From a virus (Duplodnaviria > Caudoviricetes): a stretch of DNA of 64,000 bases. The DNA lies in the IMG/VR virus record IMGVR_UViG_3300037067_007160, positions 66,356-130,355 of that record; one strand, given 5' to 3'. This document shows positions 1-11,045 of this stretch, one piece after another. The notes beneath the pieces are model-generated. The model had not been told where the DNA came from, made no database searches, and saw nothing but the letters and a program-made list of their open reading frames with translations. Positions within the stretch are counted from its first letter, which is position 1. The number at the start of each line of letters is the position of its first letter. The position numbers were made by a program, and so were the translations under genes.

Positions 1-1443
1 GATTGGAATAAACCTATTATATGTCCACGTTACCATCAAAGTCTACGATGGCAAGACTATCCTATTGATAATATAGCACCATATAGAGTAAGGATACTTA
101 CTGAGGATAACGCACCAGCAAAGCTTACATATGATGCCTATTTTCCAGATGGAACAATACAACAAAATAGAAAGGAACCAATGAATTTTGTTCCTATCTA
201 CAAGGAGTCAGATACTGAGACAAATGATTGGTCTATCAGTGGAAGTACACTACTTCTTACTGGTCCTATTGCTAGCGCATCAGTCATATATCTTAAGCCA
301 CTATTTGATGGTTTTATATCGGTCGATGTGATAGATAATCATGTTGTTGTAATGAACGGTTCATTCAAATCAAGTCCATACGATTCTACCACGGGAAAAT
401 ACACATATGAGCTATTAGAATACGAAGATCTAATGCCATTTGAAACTGATAATCAAGGATATGTAAGTCCAAGATGTCTTAAAGAATCAAAATATAAGGC
501 ACAGGTTCTATCAGCCTATAGTATCAAGGTTCTTCCTCTTGTAATATATGAAGGAAGATATCCAAACTATGTCCCATCTCTCATTGAGGATATACAGAAG
601 AGTGTGTCCAATGGTGTTGTTACAAGCACAATTGGCGATCTTGAACAAGTTACATGGAGAAATACAAGAGGAATAAGAGTCTACGTAAATGAATATCAAC
701 TTCCACAAACTGCTATCGTCGGTTTTGATTTTAATCAAGGTATCATCTATCTAAACACACCAATAGTACCAGACGATAACGTTCAGGTAAGTGTTCTTAG
801 GAAAGCTACATATTATATATGTAACTATCCAAGACTAAGGCCAGAGATAGTATCTGGTAATTCATGGAGAATATACCTTAGAAGTAATTATCCTAACTAC
901 TTCCTTGATAATCCAGCTGATACGCTGGAAAGACTGGCCTATAGACAGCTTACGAATGGTTATCCAACAGGATTTATGAGATGCTGCACTAGTAATCAAG
1001 TTGTTACTGATATAGCAGGAACAATACAACTTGCTGATATCTCTCTAGTTCCAACAATGACGTTTACGGACATAAGATTGTTTGGTGGTGGAATAGTTAC
1101 TGATTCAGAATTTGAGTCAAAGCAAAATAGGGAAAATAAACATAAAGCATCGCCATTCTATACTGATATTGCGAGAGTCCATGCTCCACAACCTGGCACC
1201 TTTAGCGATCATATGCCTTGGCCTATGATTATTGTGAAGATTCCAACATCTGTTCGAACTGATATTGAAACAAGATTTAGCACCACAGATCTAGCTTTGG
1301 CCTATATCAAGAAGACAATAGAGAAACATCTTGCTCTTGGTACATACTACATAATAGTTGATGAGAATAATGATCTGTGGGATAAACCATTTCCGACAAC
1401 AGATCTTAGGAATAAGTCAGTTGGTATGGAGCTTCCTTTATGA
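1..1443 (+). CDS. Putative virion structural protein, 5'-partial
   Basis: Frame of ORF 181..1443 is open back to base 1; beta-rich composition; head of an overlapping structural operon. Confidence 0.6.
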   Translation, partial: DWNKPIICPRYHQSLRWQDYPIDNIAPYRVRILTEDNAPAKLTYDAYFPDGTIQQNRKEPMNFVPIYKESDTETNDWSISGSTLLLTGPIASASVIYLKPLFDGFISVDVIDNHVVVMNGSFKSSPYDSTTGKYTYELLEYEDLMPFETDNQGYVSPRCLKESKYKAQVLSAYSIKVLPLVIYEGRYPNYVPSLIEDIQKSVSNGVVTSTIGDLEQVTWRNTRGIRVYVNEYQLPQTAIVGFDFNQGIIYLNTPIVPDDNVQVSVLRKATYYICNYPRLRPEIVSGNSWRIYLRSNYPNYFLDNPADTLERLAYRQLTNGYPTGFMRCCTSNQVVTDIAGTIQLADISLVPTMTFTDIRLFGGGIVTDSEFESKQNRENKHKASPFYTDIARVHAPQPGTFSDHMPWPMIIVKIPTSVRTDIETRFSTTDLALAYIKKTIEKHLALGTYYIIVDENNDLWDKPFPTTDLRNKSVGMELPL

Positions 1444-2966
1444 AATTGTTAGAAAATGTGACAACAGTCTTCGATGATAGCCTTATCTTTCTTATCCAGA
1501 AGTATCTTGAGAAGAAAGTAAGAAGTGGTGAAATCATCTGGAATGACTCATATAATATGCTTCTTGATATTGCAGCTAAGAAGCTGACAGGATCAGTAGC
1601 CCTCGACTATCAAGAAAAACATGGGAAGATTAATCGGGATGGAATACTAAACGATCTTGAACTTGCCAGTCTTTTCATGCAGGCTCTTAATCTAGAGTCA
1701 AAGAACATAGATAGGATTCTTGGAACACACGAGCTTCTTAGGAAGGATAATGTTCGCATCACAACAGATATTAAGAGACGCTATTTGGATATTATCAATC
1801 ACTCCATCCAAGAGTTTAAGACAACAAATATTGTTGTAAAAGACGGCATGATACGACTATTTCCAATAATCTCGCAGACATTCTCTCCAAGAGATGTTAA
1901 TGTATCATATATTCCTAGTACATACGTCGAAAGAATAGGTAATGATCCAACAGTCGATAACATATCGGCAGGAACTGATGCCGGATACTGGGAAGCTACG
2001 ATTTTCACGAAGAACCAATCTCCCGTATCTGCTGTTATAGAACTAGACTACGTAAATACAATAACATTCAATAGACTAAAGATAAATAGCTCTGGTAAGT
2101 TTCCGATAACTATAACAAATATGGAGATATATCAGAATGGTGAGTATATTAGTATTCATTCTGATGATGAGACATCAAAATACATTAACATCGTCTATCC
2201 TACTACTTATCAGACGTCTAAGGTGAGACTGACTCTTACACAGACGATTGGGCAGTTCAAATGGTGGACTATAATAGATAATAAGGAAAGGCTCATAGAC
2301 GATGATAGACGAGATGATGCTATTAATGAATCAACAAGAGATTCAATAGAAAAGATAGAATATATGCCTATTATTAAGAAGAAGATAAATAATATTTATG
2401 AATATGCAATTGGTGCATATAATATACTTCTCTTCTTAGACATATATAGTGGAAGTAATAATGGAACATTCTATAGTAGAAAGTTTACATCAACAGATCC
2501 AATAGAGAGTGTCGAACTTTCGGATGAGATTATTGAATATAAACCTGGTACTAGTAGTATCAGTTACAGTATTATCCAACAAGATGGATCCAGAGTTCCT
2601 ATATCTCCAACTCAAGCTGTGCCAATAACAAAGATATTTACTAAAACTCAAACGTTGAGTAATGGTGTATCAAACTGGGTTGAACTTTCTTCTGCTCCAC
2701 TAAAGAGCAATATAATAGTGGCAGTCAATGGTGAGATAGCCACTCAGGTAACTCAGTATAGTGGAACTGGTGCTCTAGAGTTCATAATATCTGGAAAGAA
2801 ACTATACTTTAATGTTCCCATCGAAAAGAAGAGTGTTACCGCATCCTATACTCATAAAACGGACTATTTCATAATGGAGATACTCATTAATAATAATACA
2901 GATGAGAATCAGTTTGATACACCTAGCATAGAAAATTTTGAGGTAAAAATAAATGGATCTGCTTGA
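1440..2966 (+). CDS. Putative baseplate/structural protein
   Basis: 508 aa, ATGA overlap, helical N-terminus then beta-sandwich-like region, TP-x-I C-terminal motif shared with the next ORF. Confidence 0.55.
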   Translation: MKLLENVTTVFDDSLIFLIQKYLEKKVRSGEIIWNDSYNMLLDIAAKKLTGSVALDYQEKHGKINRDGILNDLELASLFMQALNLESKNIDRILGTHELLRKDNVRITTDIKRRYLDIINHSIQEFKTTNIVVKDGMIRLFPIISQTFSPRDVNVSYIPSTYVERIGNDPTVDNISAGTDAGYWEATIFTKNQSPVSAVIELDYVNTITFNRLKINSSGKFPITITNMEIYQNGEYISIHSDDETSKYINIVYPTTYQTSKVRLTLTQTIGQFKWWTIIDNKERLIDDDRRDDAINESTRDSIEKIEYMPIIKKKINNIYEYAIGAYNILLFLDIYSGSNNGTFYSRKFTSTDPIESVELSDEIIEYKPGTSSISYSIIQQDGSRVPISPTQAVPITKIFTKTQTLSNGVSNWVELSSAPLKSNIIVAVNGEIATQVTQYSGTGALEFIISGKKLYFNVPIEKKSVTASYTHKTDYFIMEILINNNTDENQFDTPSIENFEVKINGSA

Positions 2967-4551
2967 GAAATTTGCCGAGGATGCAAAAAGGTATATGATA
3001 ACAAGGCCAGAGGGTCGTAATAGAACCCTACTTGGAATCCTTAATGCTTTGGCTGAGTTTGAGAAGAGAATAGATGAGGCTAGAGTTGCTGACATACCAA
3101 ATATTGATGAAGATACAATACCTATGTCGGCCGAGTATAATGACACAGTTCAGATGATAATGGACGATCTTAATTCTATAAGGATCCATCAAATATATAT
3201 AATATCTAATCTCCTTACATCATGGAATGAAATTGAGCAAGTAATTTCTTCGGAAGAGGAAGAGACAACAGTCGATAGAGAATTTTCCCTCTTCTCAACA
3301 ATGGCAGCTGTAAATGGGCATACAACGCTTGGTGTAAAGGTATCGCAATCTGCGATACAACAACTTAAGGAGCCTCCAAAGCTTACAGCAGCATGCTCTG
3401 ACTCTACGGTAGTTCCAATTTATGGAAAGAGTTATGGCCTATATGTTAAAGGAAATGAGACAGGAGAAGATGGAGTTAGACCAGACGATAATGATGGCAC
3501 AAAGATAATCGACAATAAAGATACTTTCTGGGAGGCAGAAGCTGTAACTCTTCAAGAGAAGATGGACGATGACACATATAGTCCCCAGATAACGAATACG
3601 AATGAGATATCACTATCAGTAAACATAACATGCGTATTCAAAGCGCCCATTAATATCAACTTCTTTAGTATAGATCCACATGCCTTTGCTCAGAGTAACT
3701 ACTATGATATAACATCAATCAATGTAATATCCGGAGCTACTACAATTCCTGTCCTTACAGATTTGGTTACTGTAACAGGTAAGACTAGAGTAACATTCAA
3801 TACGACTATGGCGAATGCTATTCAAGTATCTCTTCTACAGAATAAGGGATATTATCAAAAGTACAGTCTAGCAAAGTATAGCATAGGAAATAATTCACTA
3901 TGGATAGATATAACAGGACCACATCTTATAGAGAAGATAGGAGTAAAGACGGGAGATATAAACAAGGTCGTGAGAGAACAGATAGAAGATGCTAATGAGT
4001 GGATAGCATCTATCTGGATGCCAGATGCGCCAACCTCAGAGTCTGCAGTTCTTGACTATCTAGCAGGTGATGAAGGATATATGAGGATAGACTCTTCAGA
4101 GAGTAAGAGAAAGAGATGGGCTATTGGAATACAAGAAATTGATTTTGGTGAAGAACTCTACGAAGATGTATCAGAAGTTGTTAGCCTTCCATATGATATG
4201 CCAGATGAAACAACATCTGTCTATGTTCTAGCTGACGAGGATGTACCTAGTGGAACTGAGATTATATATATGCTCTCATTTGATGATGGTGCTACATGGT
4301 CTGAGATCCTTCCACTAAATAGTAAACCTAAGTTAAAGGATACTGGCTATCTTATCCCCCAGAGAATCTATATCAATAATGATCTATCATTTACAAGGAA
4401 GCAAAATAGTCTTACGGGAATTGATGGATTTGTAAATACGCCAAATAGAAAACTAAGGACAAGGGCTATCCTAAAGAAGGGGGAGACATCCTCGAACACG
4501 CCACGGATTAAAAGTCTATTGCCAGTGTTCGACACGTCTGTGCCAACATGA
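2953..4551 (+). CDS. Putative baseplate/structural protein
   Basis: 532 aa; D-x-FWEA motif like the preceding ORF (YWEA); SFDDGATW motif; TPRIK near C-terminus. Confidence 0.55.
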   Translation: MDLLEKFAEDAKRYMITRPEGRNRTLLGILNALAEFEKRIDEARVADIPNIDEDTIPMSAEYNDTVQMIMDDLNSIRIHQIYIISNLLTSWNEIEQVISSEEEETTVDREFSLFSTMAAVNGHTTLGVKVSQSAIQQLKEPPKLTAACSDSTVVPIYGKSYGLYVKGNETGEDGVRPDDNDGTKIIDNKDTFWEAEAVTLQEKMDDDTYSPQITNTNEISLSVNITCVFKAPININFFSIDPHAFAQSNYYDITSINVISGATTIPVLTDLVTVTGKTRVTFNTTMANAIQVSLLQNKGYYQKYSLAKYSIGNNSLWIDITGPHLIEKIGVKTGDINKVVREQIEDANEWIASIWMPDAPTSESAVLDYLAGDEGYMRIDSSESKRKRWAIGIQEIDFGEELYEDVSEVVSLPYDMPDETTSVYVLADEDVPSGTEIIYMLSFDDGATWSEILPLNSKPKLKDTGYLIPQRIYINNDLSFTRKQNSLTGIDGFVNTPNRKLRTRAILKKGETSSNTPRIKSLLPVFDTSVPT

Positions 4552-6257
4552 CATTTACTGAAGATTTTAATACCTCTATTAATGAACTAAAGACAACTAT
4601 AGAAGAGCTTCATACTAGGTCGAAAGAGCAGGTCACGTCCTTTATACAGAAGAGTGGATCTTCCTATACCGAGCTTCTTAACATTCTCAAGAGAGATACC
4701 TTGCTCGAAGATACATTTGTTGATGGTAGCAAGATAGCAGAGATTGATCAGTTGTCCTATGATAGGGATGGTTGGACAAATAGTTTTGTTACAACCGAAG
4801 TTCCTTTTCTTAATGAATACTACACAAGTACGACTTATCCAATGATCATGGATGGTGGTAGAATTATTCCAGGAAGTGATTTTTCCAAATTATTCCTTGA
4901 TAGAGAAGGATTCTGGGGATACATGAAAGACGATGACATAAGTACACCATCTGAGTTTTCTCTAACTTTTAAGCTTAAGAATAACCAACCAGTAAGTGCA
5001 AATAGAATCTATCTTAGAACCAATAATATTCTTGACGTAGAGTGCTTCTATCGTCCTGATTTTGGAGAAGAGTGGGTCTCGCTTGGATCACGTGGTGGTA
5101 GACATCATGTATGGACAGCTCCTTTCGTTGGTGTAGAAATAAAATTTTCTACTACTACGACAATGTTTGCTATATCATTCGTTGCCGTCTGTGAGGCCAT
5201 ATTTGCTAAGAGTGGTAGTTTTACGAGCACATACTACACAGTAGATGACTTAAGAAAGCTTAGGATAGATGTTGATGCTGATATACCAGCTGGAACAAAT
5301 ATAAGAAAGTTTATAAACATAACAAACACAATACCAAACACAGTTCCTGACTCTGGTTGGATAGAATGGAATGGTGATGATGTTATAACACTCTCTACGA
5401 TTGAGACGCTAGCTCCTGTAGAGAGTGGATATATTATACCAAGTGGTTACGTTCAGGATTCAATAGTTCTTAGGAAGGGCTATAGAGAATGGGATAATGT
5501 TACTGAAGTAGACTATCCACTAGTAACAGAGTCTATCGAACGCCTTGGTACAAACTATCTTGATATACCAGCTGGTTATATGGTCGTACAGGATGGTGTA
5601 GCATCAATGTTTATTGGGGATGGAGATAGTAGAACAAACTTTACAAAGGATGAAGACTATACAGTTACGTACAATACTGATGCTGATACTGTGCTTGTCA
5701 CTAACATTCCTGGCGGAAGGTTAGATGGTATCTTAGAGCATCCATATGCTGAAATACGTATTAGAAAACCAATAAGCGTTGTCCAAAGAAGAACATTTGT
5801 CTATCTTGAGAATGATAATGACATAGTTGTTTCTATACCTACTCCAGGGATTACGCTTCGTTCTCTTCATATTGGTGATACCATAGAGAACGAAATAACT
5901 ATTGAGAATATTGAGACTGGAGAATATACAATAGAAGGAAAAAGTGGGCTTACTCTAGTCGAGGTTGAAAACTTTGATTCGGTAAATGCTCCACAGATAC
6001 TAAGCGTGTATGATTACTTTTCAAGTCGATACTGGTTAAGAGAGAGTGAAAGTATACCACCAGAGACTAACGAATATTATCTAGATCCAGCCGAGAGTGG
6101 ATTCAAACTAGTGGCTATTGATACAAATTTATATCTTCGCTACCTAATACCAACAGACTATAACAATGTTGCTATCAGTTTCGAACTAGAAGGAACAGAA
6201 CAGATAGCACCACTTCTTCGTGGTTATGAATTAACAAATACAATCGACAAAATTTAA
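4548..6257 (+). CDS. Putative structural protein
   Basis: 569 aa, acidic and beta-rich, coupled to upstream gene. Confidence 0.55.
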   Translation: MTFTEDFNTSINELKTTIEELHTRSKEQVTSFIQKSGSSYTELLNILKRDTLLEDTFVDGSKIAEIDQLSYDRDGWTNSFVTTEVPFLNEYYTSTTYPMIMDGGRIIPGSDFSKLFLDREGFWGYMKDDDISTPSEFSLTFKLKNNQPVSANRIYLRTNNILDVECFYRPDFGEEWVSLGSRGGRHHVWTAPFVGVEIKFSTTTTMFAISFVAVCEAIFAKSGSFTSTYYTVDDLRKLRIDVDADIPAGTNIRKFINITNTIPNTVPDSGWIEWNGDDVITLSTIETLAPVESGYIIPSGYVQDSIVLRKGYREWDNVTEVDYPLVTESIERLGTNYLDIPAGYMVVQDGVASMFIGDGDSRTNFTKDEDYTVTYNTDADTVLVTNIPGGRLDGILEHPYAEIRIRKPISVVQRRTFVYLENDNDIVVSIPTPGITLRSLHIGDTIENEITIENIETGEYTIEGKSGLTLVEVENFDSVNAPQILSVYDYFSSRYWLRESESIPPETNEYYLDPAESGFKLVAIDTNLYLRYLIPTDYNNVAISFELEGTEQIAPLLRGYELTNTIDKI

Positions 6258-6262
6258 GATAG

Positions 6263-6271
6263 TGATATAAT
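6263..6271 (+). promoter_or_regulatory. Extended -10 promoter element TGATATAAT
   Basis: TGnTATAAT with TCGACA 16 nt upstream of the TATAAT; same motif recurs before several genes. Confidence 0.6.
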
Positions 6272-6284
6272 TAAAGAGGAAGAC

Positions 6285-6500
6285 ATGGGAATTCGATCAT
6301 TTAGAATCAATTTTAGGACAAGAGCTGGGGTAGATCCATTCCTATGGAATCAATTCTGGAACAATCTCGAAGAAGATCTAAATGATATCATAGGAAGTGG
6401 GGCAGAACCTATTCTAGATGAAGATCTTGGTGTGCCTGACTTTCTGGATCTCTATGATATAGCAGTATCAGGAATGGCAGGTAAGGAGAGCTACGATTAG
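6285..6500 (+). CDS. Small hypothetical protein
   Basis: 71 aa with AGAGGA RBS. Confidence 0.6.
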   Translation: MGIRSFRINFRTRAGVDPFLWNQFWNNLEEDLNDIIGSGAEPILDEDLGVPDFLDLYDIAVSGMAGKESYD

Positions 6501-6582
6501 GATAAGAAACTATACAGTTAGCGATACAAGTCAACTGACATCGGAACTTCTCAATAATATAACCGATGACTTTAGTGGCGCC

Positions 6583-7527
6583 ATGGCAGAAGCCTATCTT
6601 GAACTACGTGATCTAAAGATAAGGAATGCTGCCTTTCGTAGTGCATCTAGCCTATCAATGGACTATCTAATAGGAAGGATCAACGCCCTTCCTAGTACAT
6701 TGACGGGACTAAAGATTAGTGCATATAATCCAGTCGTTTCATCAACCGGGATTCAGCTGGATAATGTATATGGTCAGTTGACTCTTGAGGAGCAGGATAG
6801 AACAACCCACATACCAGTGGATGATGATAACTATGGAAACTCACGAGCGTTATCATCCGTTTCAATAGAGACAGGATCAACAGAGTCAAACTTCGCACCA
6901 AATGCTGATATTAGAGCTGTTATCGATGAAGAAGATGAGATATGGTGTGTGACGATGGCTGATGCTGATACAGACGCTGGTTCCATATGGATAAGGGTAG
7001 CTACTCCAGCGATAGCCCAGGTACCAAACTTTGTTGCCGTATATCCATTATCTGGAACGATAGTTGATACGATAAAGGTTAGACATACAAGTGGATATAC
7101 GACATTTACACCATCTTCTGAATGGCCAATAAAGTATCATCAGAACTTCTCAGACTACCAGAACGAGGTTAGAATCAAGCTAAATGGTGTAAGTAGTGGT
7201 AATGGAACCTATAAGTTTTCCCTTAAGAAGATAGAAATATATAGTGTTAGGTACGCATCAGAGGGAACCTTTACCTATCTAACGGAGGACGCATTTACTG
7301 ATATAGCATCGGTGACTATCAATAGCTCATACTTCTATCCAATAGTCTCACAGAATGTTGGAATGTTACGGATTAGAGTCCTAACAAAGGACTCGAGTAC
7401 GGTGCTCTACGATAGCTCAAGAGGGTCATCGGCGTTCGTTGTGCCTGCCGGACCAGAGCAAGTTGTCGTCGAGGGCACCCTCTATCGTACAGATGGGAAT
7501 ACGCCGTTTATAAGAACCATTACTTGA
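6583..7527 (+). CDS. Putative structural protein (true start may be upstream, near 6496)
   Basis: 314 aa ORF; frame open from 6463. Confidence 0.6.
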   Translation: MAEAYLELRDLKIRNAAFRSASSLSMDYLIGRINALPSTLTGLKISAYNPVVSSTGIQLDNVYGQLTLEEQDRTTHIPVDDDNYGNSRALSSVSIETGSTESNFAPNADIRAVIDEEDEIWCVTMADADTDAGSIWIRVATPAIAQVPNFVAVYPLSGTIVDTIKVRHTSGYTTFTPSSEWPIKYHQNFSDYQNEVRIKLNGVSSGNGTYKFSLKKIEIYSVRYASEGTFTYLTEDAFTDIASVTINSSYFYPIVSQNVGMLRIRVLTKDSSTVLYDSSRGSSAFVVPAGPEQVVVEGTLYRTDGNTPFIRTIT

Positions 7528-7567
7528 CACATGAAGAGGGTGCTACTATATAGATTGGGAGGGTTTA

Positions 7568-7867
7568 ATGAGTGCTGGATATGTAACTATCGAGCAATTT
7601 GAAGATCTAAAAGCCACATTTAATGAGCTACATGAGCAGACACGGAAACTAATGAATGGACAGGCTATTGCTATAGATAGGAAGTTACAGACTTTGACGC
7701 GACAACTAGAGACATTTATGAGCAAGAAGCCCGATCCAACTATCATTAGAGACGCATGGATCCGACAGATACCAAAGATAAGAGACGAGCTGAAGCTCAT
7801 ATCCATGGATATTGCTCAGCTGAAATCAGTAAGTGAAAAGAGAGGTAGCTCATGTCCTCAGAAGTAA
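7568..7867 (+). CDS. Coiled-coil protein resembling the N-terminus of the downstream fibre
   Basis: 99 aa; VTI..F..K and IRxxW motifs also in 7852 ORF. Confidence 0.6.
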   Translation: MSAGYVTIEQFEDLKATFNELHEQTRKLMNGQAIAIDRKLQTLTRQLETFMSKKPDPTIIRDAWIRQIPKIRDELKLISMDIAQLKSVSEKRGSSCPQK

Positions 7868-10596
7868 CCATATCAGCAGCTGAGTTCGCTGCTTTTAAGG
7901 CAGATGTTGACGAACGTTTTGAAAACTTCGTATCCCAGCTTGCTCTCTTAAACGTTAGTATAACAACTCTACAGAGTTCAACAGGTTCTACAAGCTCTTC
8001 TAGTATTGATCTCGCAGTTCTAAAAGCTGATATAGATGAGCGTTTCGAAAACTTTGTATCACAACTTACACTACTTAATAATGATGTTGTTGCAATACAG
8101 AACACAACGGTAGTCACTGATTTTCCTGATGAAGAGCAACAGATAAGAGAGAAGTGGTTAAGTGCCTTTAGTGATGAGGTAGCTTCTCTTCTTGCTAATG
8201 TTAATAAAATAAATACCGATATTATCACATTACAAAGACTTGTTGGAGCTACAGAAGTAGATCACGGAAACCTAACTGGTCTATCTGATGATGACCACCA
8301 ACAGTATCTATTAGCAAATGGAAGTAGGACGCTTGATGGATCTTTAACAGTTTCTGGAAGTGGAGTAGTAACAGGAGATATAAGAACAGGCGGATCCTAC
8401 TATGGGGATGGGAGTCATCTTAGTGGAGTAGGTGTAGCAACTAACCATAGTACTTTATCCAATCTTGGAGCTGATGATCATATTCAATATCTTAGGACGG
8501 ATGGAACAAGAAATAGCACAGGAACACAACACTTTGATCAATCACTTGTTGTTGATGGAAGTGGAGTTATCAATGGTGATGTTAGAACAGATGGAATAGT
8601 ACATACTAAGGCAATACAGTTAAATACAGATCCAACAGTAACACATAGGGACGGTCAGATATTTTATGATGCATCACATAGAACTTTAGGTGTTCATCTT
8701 GATAACGATATAACATTGCAGGTTGGTCAAGAGGAACATATATATGTTACGAATAATACTGGTGTTGCGATAGCCAATGGTAAACCTGTATATATTTCTG
8801 GCGCTAGTGATGAATTCCCATATATTGCACTAGCAAAGGCCGATAATTTTGCAACATCTTTTGTTGTTGGTTTAACAACACAACAAATACCAAGCGGACA
8901 GAAAGGTTATGTTTGTGTCCGTGGAATAGTGCATGATGTAGATACTTCATCATGGGCAGCTGGTGACGAGCTATTTCTATCAGCAAATAATGCTGGAGGA
9001 ATTGAGAACTATACGGCAGAAAGTCCATACTATGATGTAAGACTTGGGCGCGTACTTGTTTCAGACCCAACATCTGGATCGCTTTATGTTAGGCAGAGAG
9101 TCGCTACAAGACTAGATGATATTTCTGATGTTAATACATCTGGCGTTATTCTAGATCAAGTACTAAAATATAATGGTTCAAGTTGGGTCGCTGGAAGTCC
9201 AGTAACATCATCAGCATCTGTAGGTATTGACTTCTTTCAGGATGATACAGTAATTGTTCCATTGTCAGGAACAGTAAATACGTTAGAGATAAATGCATTA
9301 TCTAAAGTACCAGTACAAACAACAGAACACGTTGATAGTGTAGTAGTTACAGCTGCAACATCGCCAGTTACTGGAGAAGCGTATCTATATAATACAGCAC
9401 TAAATAGGTTGACTTTAGATGCTGGTATATGGACTTTTAATACGTATGCTTCTGTTAGCTCTGTTGGTGGTGGAAGAGTATCTAGTATTAAGAGAAATAT
9501 ATTCAAAGTTAGTGAAGGAACTGGTACAGTAACAATAACTAACTTGGGTGTTGGAACGAAAACTGTAACAGCATCGTCTGGCAATCCATTTCCTGTAGGA
9601 ATAGATAATGTTAATAAAGCACTGGCTGGATGGATCCAAACACCCATCGGTCTTTATCAGGTTATAGCTCGTGCAAGTTCTACAAGTGTTACTATCTCAG
9701 TTCCTACTGGTTACACAACCGAGACAGCTGTTGCATATAGTGTTTGGAACTATATAGGAACATCACAAACTAGTACGATAACAGCGATAACAACCAACTA
9801 CTCTTTATATACATCTGAAATTAGTTTAGCTGCTGTCACAACACTATTAACAGATAAACTTGGTGAAATAGTATTTGGTATTAGTAATAATAACACAACT
9901 ATATATTGGACACATAATGGAACATCACATTATAGCAACTTTAGAACACCACTAATAACACTGCACAATAATCTAGCTGGACTTCAAGGTGGATCAAGTA
10001 ATGAGTATTATCACTTAAGTTCTGCTAATTATACTGATTTGACAGATGGTGGAGCAACAACTCTTCATAAACATGATCATGGTAGTATGGATGACCTTAG
10101 CCATGATGATCATCCACAATATGCATTAGTCAATGGTTCAAGAAACTTTACGGGAACTGAACGATTTGAAAAAGATATCAATGTATCTGGTAGCGGGGTA
10201 TTTGAGAATGGTTTGTACGTTAATGGACAAATACATGGAGAAAAACGAACAGTTAGATTCGTAATGGATAATGGTAGTAGTGAAATATCAACTGGACTTA
10301 TTAATGCTCAAGTAAAGTTGCCCTATGCTATAAACTTAAGTGAGTGGTCGATTTTAGCTACTCCATCTGGTAATATTGAGTTGGACATTTTAATGGGTAA
10401 TCCAACATCTCTTCCTCCAACAGAAAGTATTACTGGTAGTGAACAACCATACGTAACAGGAGATAGATACAATAGTTCTACTCTACTCACTGGATGGACA
10501 GATACTATTCCAGAAGATAAAGTATTGGATGTTAATGTTGTATCTTGTAGTGGTGTTACTAAATGTTTTCTCGATCTTTATGGAGTAGAGGTTTAA
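7852..10596 (+). CDS. Tail fibre-like protein with H-x2-L-x2-L-x2-DDH-x-QY repeats
   Basis: 914 aa Gly/Ser/Thr-rich; N-terminal duplicated KADxDERFENFVSQL; C-terminal domain homologous to 30843 ORF. Confidence 0.75.
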   Translation: MSSEVTISAAEFAAFKADVDERFENFVSQLALLNVSITTLQSSTGSTSSSSIDLAVLKADIDERFENFVSQLTLLNNDVVAIQNTTVVTDFPDEEQQIREKWLSAFSDEVASLLANVNKINTDIITLQRLVGATEVDHGNLTGLSDDDHQQYLLANGSRTLDGSLTVSGSGVVTGDIRTGGSYYGDGSHLSGVGVATNHSTLSNLGADDHIQYLRTDGTRNSTGTQHFDQSLVVDGSGVINGDVRTDGIVHTKAIQLNTDPTVTHRDGQIFYDASHRTLGVHLDNDITLQVGQEEHIYVTNNTGVAIANGKPVYISGASDEFPYIALAKADNFATSFVVGLTTQQIPSGQKGYVCVRGIVHDVDTSSWAAGDELFLSANNAGGIENYTAESPYYDVRLGRVLVSDPTSGSLYVRQRVATRLDDISDVNTSGVILDQVLKYNGSSWVAGSPVTSSASVGIDFFQDDTVIVPLSGTVNTLEINALSKVPVQTTEHVDSVVVTAATSPVTGEAYLYNTALNRLTLDAGIWTFNTYASVSSVGGGRVSSIKRNIFKVSEGTGTVTITNLGVGTKTVTASSGNPFPVGIDNVNKALAGWIQTPIGLYQVIARASSTSVTISVPTGYTTETAVAYSVWNYIGTSQTSTITAITTNYSLYTSEISLAAVTTLLTDKLGEIVFGISNNNTTIYWTHNGTSHYSNFRTPLITLHNNLAGLQGGSSNEYYHLSSANYTDLTDGGATTLHKHDHGSMDDLSHDDHPQYALVNGSRNFTGTERFEKDINVSGSGVFENGLYVNGQIHGEKRTVRFVMDNGSSEISTGLINAQVKLPYAINLSEWSILATPSGNIELDILMGNPTSLPPTESITGSEQPYVTGDRYNSSTLLTGWTDTIPEDKVLDVNVVSCSGVTKCFLDLYGVEV

Positions 10597-10597
10597 T

Positions 10598-11044
10598 ATG
10601 GCAAAGACTGAAATTATTGGAAAAAGACTTTATAATTGGAATAAGGATGGATCAGCTGGTATTATTAAAGACACCATCTTTCGCAGATGTTTCTGGCCTG
10701 TATCTGATGTACCACTCTTTCCTTTTGCTGATGGAAGTAGTGGAATAGAAGTGGAGGGTCCACCAACACCAAGGAATATTCGATTTCCCAATGACACTAA
10801 GTTCCTCAATGGTACTCGCGGTGACTGCTTCTATTCTGTGACTATTAAGAAAGACCAGGATGTAGTGAAAACTGTCGAGGTTGTAAAGACCGGTGTTACC
10901 GTCGAACCTGGCAAGGTGAAGGATGTGAAGTACACCGATACCGTCACCGTCAAAGAGGACGTGCGCGAGGTGACGGAAATTCCTGTTCCTGTCTACAAAA
11001 CAGTTAAGGAGTTGAAGGTGAACGGAAATGGAAAGGTAAAATAG
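10598..11044 (+). CDS. Hypothetical fibre-associated protein
   Basis: 148 aa with GAGG RBS, between fibre and beta-helix genes. Confidence 0.6.
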   Translation: MAKTEIIGKRLYNWNKDGSAGIIKDTIFRRCFWPVSDVPLFPFADGSSGIEVEGPPTPRNIRFPNDTKFLNGTRGDCFYSVTIKKDQDVVKTVEVVKTGVTVEPGKVKDVKYTDTVTVKEDVREVTEIPVPVYKTVKELKVNGNGKVK

Positions 11045-11045
11045 C

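Noticed and set aside
7890-8080. Direct repeat at the fibre 5' end as a DGR template/variable repeat
   Set aside because: In-frame coding repeat with mostly synonymous differences, no adenine-specific pattern and no reverse transcriptase in the window
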